A stretch of DNA of 41,727 nt. Source: a virus. Lineage: Duplodnaviria; Caudoviricetes. Below the pieces are notes generated by a model, which worked only from the letters and a program-made list of their open reading frames with translations, did not search any database and was not told the origin of the DNA. The stretch spans positions 1 to 41,727 of IMG/VR virus record IMGVR_UViG_3300047545_000413; one strand, 5' to 3'. Position numbers and translations under genes: made by a program. This document shows, piece after piece, positions 35,969-41,727 of this stretch (position 1 is its first letter; each line of letters opens with the position of its first letter).

Positions 35969-36814
35969 TTATTTAAGTTGTTTGATCCGTACTAAGATTT
36001 CATTGTTGTTATCTACGCCTAAAACAGTGCGAATACTCGTTAGCATCTTTGCGTAGAATTTAGATTGTTTAATGGCTTCAGCTTCAGTAGCTAGGGCTTG
36101 ATTTAAACGCCCTTCTAGCCCTTTAATTCGCTCAGACATAGAGATGATTGACTTATCTTTATCATCGCCTGTAAGGGCTTCTATAATGCCGCTTAAGCGT
36201 TGGTTTTCTGCAACCTCTTGTTCATAAGCCTGTACCAAATCAAATTTATCTTCCTCTGTTTCTTCTTTAGGTGGCTCAATCTCCTTTAAAGCGGCATTTA
36301 AAGTAATTTCTCCACTTGCAACCTGTTTAGCTAATTCAGGATTCTCTTTCACCAGCTTATCGGCTGATCCTTGGGTGCGTTTTGAAGCTCCAGATTTCTC
36401 TGCCCGATCCATTTGAGTATCTAAGGGTTTACCCTTAATTGGCAAAATTGCCACTTTACTTTTCTCGTTTAAGTCATTGATTTCATTAGATTTGGGTAAT
36501 TTTCCTTTTGGGTGAGCAAGTGACCAATCTTGTGCAAGTGCAACAATAGTAGCAGCTTGACCAGCAGATAAATGCCTACGGTGTAAGTTTTGAGCCAATA
36601 CAAACTCAACCAAGTCATCGCCTTTGTATTCCTCAAATCGAGGTGTAATCCCCAAATCTTTACAAGCCTGTAGCCTATTCTGACCGTCTAATACTTCACC
36701 GTCTTTAACAATAATTGGGTTGCGTAAGCCATTCCTTTGAATATCTAAACGCAAGGCTTCAAACGATGCTTGGTCTAATTTAGGGAAAATGCTGCATAGT
36801 GAATGTAAATTCAT
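35969..36814 (-). CDS. ParB/Srx-like N-terminal domain protein
   Basis: DI..NGL..PI......LDG.NR..AC and N..RRHL...Q motifs. Confidence 0.8.
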   Translation of the reverse strand: MNLHSLCSIFPKLDQASFEALRLDIQRNGLRNPIIVKDGEVLDGQNRLQACKDLGITPRFEEYKGDDLVEFVLAQNLHRRHLSAGQAATIVALAQDWSLAHPKGKLPKSNEINDLNEKSKVAILPIKGKPLDTQMDRAEKSGASKRTQGSADKLVKENPELAKQVASGEITLNAALKEIEPPKEETEEDKFDLVQAYEQEVAENQRLSGIIEALTGDDKDKSIISMSERIKGLEGRLNQALATEAEAIKQSKFYAKMLTSIRTVLGVDNNNEILVRIKQLK

Positions 36815-36890
36815 TTTGTACTTTCTTTTATAGGTGGGGTACTAACGCTCCGTATGCGAAGCGGAAAATCTTGCGCCTTCCCCCGTAAGA

Positions 36891-37268
36891 TTAAAAAGGA
36901 ATGTCTGAGTTTTCTTCTTGTTGTGGCTCAGATTGTTGTTGAGCTTGAGGTAATGCTTTACTTAAAAGTTGTACCTTATCTGCTGTAATTTTTGTAGTCT
37001 GTTTTTCAATACCATTTTTGTCAGTGTACTTTTCTGTTTTCATGCTACCTTGCACAAATACCTTAGTCCCTTTTAATGCGTATTGGGCAACAATCTCTGC
37101 CAGCTTACCCCAAGCATTAACATTGACCCATTCAACGCCTTCTTTGTCTTTAGATTTCCAACCTACCGCAATCGTAAAGTTAGCTACTGATGACTCTCCT
37201 ACTGGGCGCAACTCAGGATCACGCACTACATTGCCAATAAAATTACAGCTATTCAGATCGTTACTCAT
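36891..37268 (-). CDS. ssb: Single-stranded DNA-binding protein
   Basis: IGN..RDPELR, WGKLAE and KG..V.V.G motifs; acidic C-terminal DIPF. Confidence 0.95.
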   Translation of the reverse strand: MSNDLNSCNFIGNVVRDPELRPVGESSVANFTIAVGWKSKDKEGVEWVNVNAWGKLAEIVAQYALKGTKVFVQGSMKTEKYTDKNGIEKQTTKITADKVQLLSKALPQAQQQSEPQQEENSDIPF

Positions 37269-37486
37269 AATCTTTCCCGTATATAAGTTAAAAATGGAAC
37301 ATTGCCTTCTGGCTTATGAAAAAACCTACGCAATGGCAGATCGTTCTTAGTTAAAAATGCTTGTGGACACTCTAACTCTAATTCTGACAATACAAATAAA
37401 AGTCTAGCATTCTCCTTTCCTATATCTGGATTAGATGGGCTTCTTGCAACCGCCCTAAGTTTTGCTCGTTGCTCGTTCGTAAACAC
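37265..37486 (-). CDS. Hypothetical protein
   Basis: AAGGA RBS; ATGA overlap with ssb. Confidence 0.55.
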   Translation of the reverse strand: MFTNEQRAKLRAVARSPSNPDIGKENARLLFVLSELELECPQAFLTKNDLPLRRFFHKPEGNVPFLTYIRERL

Positions 37487-37543
37487 ATTTAATTCCTTAT
37501 TAGTTAGCGAGTTGATAGATTAATAAGGCGTGTTTGATAAATC

Positions 37544-37577
37544 AACAACTATTTGTATTTTTCTTACATTGTGAAAT
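37544..37577 (-). promoter_or_regulatory. Copy 2 of the 34-bp repeat, at the divergence point of the leftward and rightward operons
   Basis: One mismatch to 34011-34044. Confidence 0.6.
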
Positions 37578-37619
37578 CAAAGATCTATTAAACAAAGAGA
37601 AAACAAATTAATATGCCTC

Positions 37620-37919
37620 ATGTACAGAAATAAACGATTACTTGAAGTCTGCCGTCATATACCTTGTCAGCATTGTGGAGTAAGCAATGGAACAATTGTT
37701 GCAGCCCATTCCAATCAGCTTAGAGATGGTAAAGGCAGAGGACTTAAAGCAAATGATTATAGAGTTGCAAGTCTTTGCTATACCTGTCATACGGAAGTCG
37801 ATCAAGGTAAGAAGCTCTCAAAATCCGAAAGGATTGAGATGTGGGAGGAAGCACACCGTAGCACCATTGGTAAACTTTTTGAAGATGGATATTTGATTGT
37901 AGGGAATAAACATGACTAA
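37620..37919 (+). CDS. DUF1364/YbcO-like putative nuclease
   Basis: CQHC.....T.VAAH....GKG.G.K..D.....LC..CH...D pattern. Confidence 0.65.
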   Translation: MYRNKRLLEVCRHIPCQHCGVSNGTIVAAHSNQLRDGKGRGLKANDYRVASLCYTCHTEVDQGKKLSKSERIEMWEEAHRSTIGKLFEDGYLIVGNKHD

Positions 37920-38449
37920 CGATGAATGTATGGCTTTAGCAGGAATAGTAATGCTTGGTACTGTCATTTGCTTTTACTTGTTGTACAAAAACTAGAGCTA
38001 GTAAAAACAGGTTGCCAGAGTTGCCTTGTAGATGTAAATGGCATCCTGATCTAATAGTCGCTCTAGTGAGGTGACTTAGGCTATTAGACCTTCCGATAAA
38101 TCGAGGTGGGCGATTAATCTACATACCCACCAACTAACCTAAAGGAAAATTTATGAAGATTAGACAAAAATTGAAGTACATGGATTGGGATGCAGCAATT
38201 TATAAAGCAGTTCTTATTGCTTTTTGGTTGATTGTTGCATACATGATGTATAGCGATGAGTTACAAACAGCACTAATAATGCTAGTCGTTATTATTGCTT
38301 GGAAAATTAAGGGCAAATATGACTGAACAATTTTTATCTTCTATTGTTGAGCCATTAACATATTTGTTATGGCTTATGGTATTTAATGCATCATTGCCGT
38401 TAATTGGCTTATTAAGCGGATTAATTTTAGGTACTTTTGGAGCTAAAAA

Positions 38450-38659
38450 ATGAATGACCCAGTAAACAAACCAAAACACTACCTTTCTCATCCGTCTGGT
38501 ATTGAGTGTATTCAAGTTACTCGTCACATGGGATTTAATCTTGGCAATGCCGTTAAATACATCTGGCGTTGTGATCTTAAAAAAGATGCAATTGAAGATT
38601 TAAAAAAAGCAATTTGGTACTTAGAAGATGAAATTAACTTAAGGGAAGGAAAGAAATGA
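38450..38659 (+). CDS. DUF3310-family protein
   Basis: DPVN.P.HY....GIECI...GNAVKY.WR...K...EDLKKA.WYL. Confidence 0.85.
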   Translation: MNDPVNKPKHYLSHPSGIECIQVTRHMGFNLGNAVKYIWRCDLKKDAIEDLKKAIWYLEDEINLREGKK

Positions 38660-38832
38660 GGCAACTAAAGCCTGATGAGTATGCGATGAGTCTTGATGAA
38701 GTATCTTGCGCTTTAAACATACCTATACGAACAGTAACCCGCATACAAAAAAGTGCTTATAACAAGTTTAAGCAATATTGCAAAGAACATAACATTAGTT
38801 TTAACGACTTAGTGGAAGGGTTAAGCAAATGA
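38656..38832 (+). CDS. Small sigma70 region-4-like HTH protein (not in the ORF track)
   Basis: Manual translation MRQLKPDEYAMSLDEVSCALNIPIRTVTRIQKSAYNKFK...; ATGA overlaps at both ends. Confidence 0.5.
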   Translation: MRQLKPDEYAMSLDEVSCALNIPIRTVTRIQKSAYNKFKQYCKEHNISFNDLVEGLSK

Positions 38833-38970
38833 ATCAAGCAGACAAAGACCATGAAGCATGGCAAGAAGCAAATCAAAAATACCAGTGCCGTAAACTGATT
38901 CAGGCTAAAGAATCAGGCTTATTACATTACATTAATCAGGATGGAGATGTAATTATTGAAAAGGAAGAAC

Positions 38971-39240
38971 ATGAAAGCAAGTGAGCCAGTAGCATGGAGA
39001 ACCCATTATCCAAGTGGGTGGGAATATAAAGACGGCAACCCGCCTTTTGAATTAAAAGGGAATTCACAATTACTCTATACCCATCCAGCAGAACTAACAG
39101 ATGAAGTCAAAGATGTTTTGATGGATGCTTTGTCAGGGTGGAAATATATCAGACAATGTCATGGTGATTTGTATGGTGTTGGATGGGACAGGGTGCAGGA
39201 AAAGATAGAAGCAATACTAAGAAAGGCAAGTGAGAAATGA
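38971..39240 (+). CDS. Cassette-array hypothetical protein
   Basis: MKASEPVAW...LYTHPAELTDE...ILRKASEK. Confidence 0.6.
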   Translation: MKASEPVAWRTHYPSGWEYKDGNPPFELKGNSQLLYTHPAELTDEVKDVLMDALSGWKYIRQCHGDLYGVGWDRVQEKIEAILRKASEK

Positions 39241-39449
39241 ACGCAAATGAACTAGCTGATGCAATGCAAGGTGTTATTTCTGTATTGAATGTTCATCATG
39301 AAGAAGATTGTTTGTTTATAGCAAATGAAGCGCAGTTCATGCTACGCCAGCAACAAGAAAAGATAAACAAGTACGAACTGAGAAACAAAGCTCAATGCGA
39401 CAGGATTGCAATTTTAGAATCACAATTAAGAAAGGCACAAGAGAAATGA
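39237..39449 (+). CDS. Cassette-array hypothetical protein
   Basis: MNANELAD...LRKAQEK; ATGA coupling. Confidence 0.6.
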   Translation: MNANELADAMQGVISVLNVHHEEDCLFIANEAQFMLRQQQEKINKYELRNKAQCDRIAILESQLRKAQEK

Positions 39450-39628
39450 ACAAACAAGAAAAAATTAAAGAACTTGAATACTTAAACAACGAGCATCGTG
39501 GTGTTATCGGCATCTTGATGGATGAGCGTGAAGTATTAAGAGCGGAAATAGAAGCGTTGAAAAAAGAAAATGAAGAATTAAGTGCGTTATGTGTTGAATT
39601 TAATGTACTAAGAAAGGCACAAGAATGA
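39446..39628 (+). CDS. Cassette-array coiled-coil protein
   Basis: Start taken at the ATGA junction; MNKQEK...LRKAQE. Confidence 0.55.
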   Translation: MNKQEKIKELEYLNNEHRGVIGILMDEREVLRAEIEALKKENEELSALCVEFNVLRKAQE

Positions 39629-39892
39629 AAAATGAACCAGTAGCGTGGCTTTTGTTTCGTGATGGCGGAGAAAGCTACCCTGAATACACCACCAGTTATA
39701 AGCAAATGCGTGAATGGGGAAACCTATCTTGGGGATAACGAAAGAATTGAACCGCATTACACCCACCCCAGCAAAGACCTAACAGATGAGGAAATAGATG
39801 ACATTGCTTCTATGTGTTCTGTAAATGAAAAAGACCAAATAAACGATAGAGAATTTGCTAGAGCAATACTAAAGAAAGCGAGTGAGAAATGA
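39625..39892 (+). pseudogene. Cassette-array gene with an apparent 1-nt frameshift
   Basis: MKNEPVAW... frame stops at 39736-39738; the +1 frame carries YTHP..LTDEEI...ILKKASEK. Confidence 0.5.
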
Positions 39893-40107
39893 AACTTATT
39901 GGAATCGCATACGAAAACAAGACTTTATACATCGGCTTTTGGTTTGTGCATTTTGAAATAACCATTGGCAAAAAAGAAACACAGCATTTGGTTAAATTAA
40001 CAGATGCAGAAATAGACTATTGCTGGACACATTCACATGGCAACACACAATGGATGAAACAAAAAGCGTTTGCTATGGCAATACTAAAGAAAGCGAGTGA
40101 GAAATGA
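39889..40107 (+). CDS. Cassette-array hypothetical protein
   Basis: ...LTDAEI...AILKKASEK; ATGA coupling. Confidence 0.6.
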   Translation: MKLIGIAYENKTLYIGFWFVHFEITIGKKETQHLVKLTDAEIDYCWTHSHGNTQWMKQKAFAMAILKKASEK

Positions 40108-40331
40108 ACAAGACAGATACAAGATACCCATACACATATTCTGCTGATTTTATTAGAAGCATTGCGGGTATGAACTTTACTGATGATGGTAGATTGCAAG
40201 GGACAAAGCTATCAAGGTCAGATGCTTCTCAGATTGTGAATGCTATTGGAGACGCTTTAGGAATCGACCACAAAATTATGGCAGAAAAAATAGCAGATTT
40301 AGCAATCCTAAAGAAAGCGAGTGAGAAATGA
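40104..40331 (+). CDS. Cassette-array hypothetical protein
   Basis: ...AILKKASEK; ATGA coupling. Confidence 0.6.
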   Translation: MNKTDTRYPYTYSADFIRSIAGMNFTDDGRLQGTKLSRSDASQIVNAIGDALGIDHKIMAEKIADLAILKKASEK

Positions 40332-40507
40332 AAACTGTTTACGAATTATTCATGCAAAGGTTTATTAGCCAAGAAAGCAAGCATGAGTTTCCTGATGGCT
40401 GGGCTGTTAAGCAAGCTAAAGAACTAACTAGGGATGAGTTTCTTATGGAGTTAAGCGATGCAATTGAATTGCGTTTAATGAAGTACGAAAGAAAGGCATG
40501 GGATTAA
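40328..40507 (+). CDS. Hypothetical protein, 59 aa (not in the ORF track)
   Basis: Manual translation MKTVYELF...YERKAWD; fills the gap exactly. Confidence 0.55.
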   Translation: MKTVYELFMQRFISQESKHEFPDGWAVKQAKELTRDEFLMELSDAIELRLMKYERKAWD

Positions 40508-40831
40508 ATGAAACCACATAAACACGCAGAACTTATTAAGGCATGGGCAGATGGTGCTGAGATTGAAGCATTATTTTTTAACGATGCTCGGGATAATTGG
40601 ACAATCGTTTCAAACCCAGCTTGGTCTAATGTCAACCTTCGATTTCGCATCAAGCCTGAACCAAAGCCAGATTTTTACGGATTTATGAAAATCGATAAAT
40701 GGAAATTTTTTCAAGTTGTTGCTTATTCCAACTGGATAGAAATTACAAAGGATCAGGAGCCAGAGCATAACCTAAAGATTACTTTTGACGGAGAAACAGG
40801 AAAGCCTAAATCAGTAGAGGTATTGAAGTGA
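40508..40831 (+). CDS. Hypothetical phage protein
   Basis: KPHKHAELIKAWADGAEI...P.W.....FRIKP motif common in phages of Proteobacteria. Confidence 0.7.
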   Translation: MKPHKHAELIKAWADGAEIEALFFNDARDNWTIVSNPAWSNVNLRFRIKPEPKPDFYGFMKIDKWKFFQVVAYSNWIEITKDQEPEHNLKITFDGETGKPKSVEVLK

Positions 40832-41199
40832 AATTAAAAAGAACAGAGCGTGGCTGGGTTGGACACTTTATTTGCGGAGATCGTTGCAGATTTAGGCGCA
40901 ATACATTGATTGAGTTTGGCCGGAACAAGGTTGTAATCTCAACAGTTGGAAACCTCTTTATTGATGGAAAACTGGAGATGATTGGCGCTGATAGATATGC
41001 AGAGACAATGGCATTTAAAGCTAAGAAAGAAGGAATCTACTGGGAAGCTGATGTCACTAGGCCAGTTTGTTTTAGCTCTCAATGGGAATCATTAATTACT
41101 GATGATGACAATAAGCTAAACGAGATGCACGAATCCGTAGTGTCTGAGTTATTACTAAAGATCATGCGTGGGAATCTGCCAGAGGGTGAGACTGATTGA
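40828..41199 (+). CDS. Hypothetical protein
   Basis: 123 aa; GTGA coupling. Confidence 0.6.
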   Translation: MKLKRTERGWVGHFICGDRCRFRRNTLIEFGRNKVVISTVGNLFIDGKLEMIGADRYAETMAFKAKKEGIYWEADVTRPVCFSSQWESLITDDDNKLNEMHESVVSELLLKIMRGNLPEGETD

Positions 41200-41477
41200 G
41201 CGCCGTCTTAATGAAACTACCTGACAACATAGTGGAGTTCAAGCTACCTAAGCGTAAGCCTAAGATACGGGAGAAAGAGGATGTGCCGTATCAGAAAGCC
41301 TATTGCATCACGCCCTTTAGAGCCGCATCGGATAAGCGATTGCATGAGGGTGATTATTCTCACCTGCACGATGATTGGTTTGCCACACAAAACCCTGTTT
41401 TTGGTATTCCAGCCGAAATTAAATCTGATGCTACAAAGCTCGTAAATGATTTACTAAGAAAGGCACAAGAGAAATGA
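41196..41477 (+). CDS. Cassette-array hypothetical protein
   Basis: Ends LLRKAQEK. Confidence 0.5.
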   Translation: MSAVLMKLPDNIVEFKLPKRKPKIREKEDVPYQKAYCITPFRAASDKRLHEGDYSHLHDDWFATQNPVFGIPAEIKSDATKLVNDLLRKAQEK

Positions 41478-41659
41478 AACTAGGTGAAACACTCATTGAG
41501 TGGGAAATAATACAAGACGATATGTGCGTTGTTGCTTGTCACAATCGGGACGAATTAAATGACTACGTGTGGCAGTACCTTGAAGATGCAGACGTGGAGG
41601 TATGGGAAGTGAAGCGTACTTTAGTACAGACACTTAAAAAACCAAGGAAAGAGAAATGA
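41474..41659 (+). CDS. Hypothetical protein
   Basis: ATGA coupling; ends in the partial repeat GAGAAATGA. Confidence 0.55.
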   Translation: MKLGETLIEWEIIQDDMCVVACHNRDELNDYVWQYLEDADVEVWEVKRTLVQTLKKPRKEK

Positions 41660-41727
41660 TTAAGTTCAAATGGGCTGGTACTTGGCTTTGTTTACTTGGC
41701 ATTTTGCTTACAGCCCTTAACATTTAC

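Larger units (their letters stand above)
39211..41477 (+). repeat. Dispersed ~23-30 bp gene-junction repeat (GCAATACTAA-GAAAGGCA/AGAAAGCG-...GAGAAATGA), seven copies
   Basis: Copies at 39211-39240, 39427-39449, 39606-39628, 39863-39892, 40078-40107, 40302-40331 and 41452-41477. Confidence 0.9.

Noticed and set aside
37990-38140. Possible tRNA in the intergenic gap
   Set aside because: No TTCGAA T-loop or cloverleaf; kept only as a generic structured-RNA candidate.
39211-41477. Repeat array as a CRISPR array
   Set aside because: The intervening sequences are 150 to over 1000 nt of coding DNA, the repeats are degenerate and in frame, and there are no cas genes.
1-41727. Integrase, att site or terminal repeat
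   Set aside because: No recombinase motifs and no end-to-end repeat were seen, so lifestyle and genome completeness cannot be established from this window.

Overview
The window is most or all of a ~42 kb tailed dsDNA phage genome with a lambda-like non-contractile tail. I found no integrase, DNA polymerase, rRNA, tRNA or CRISPR array. Layout: accessory and nuclease genes (0.5-3.9 kb); small leftward genes (4.3-6.5 kb); a rightward packaging, head and tail operon (7.5-28.3 kb); a complete diversity-generating retroelement (DGR) targeting the tail fibre (27.0-30.0 kb); lysis genes; a leftward recombination/replication block (31.4-37.5 kb); and a rightward array of short ORFs joined by a conserved ~25-30 bp stop/start repeat (39-41.7 kb). 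The most unusual element is a 288-aa intein in the Walker A motif of the terminase large subunit. It has no recognisable in-frame endonuclease. Instead it contains a complete HNH endonuclease gene on the opposite strand, with its own Shine-Dalgarno and a candidate sigma70 promoter, all inside the intein coding sequence. Product calls come from motif recognition and gene order only; no database searches were run.
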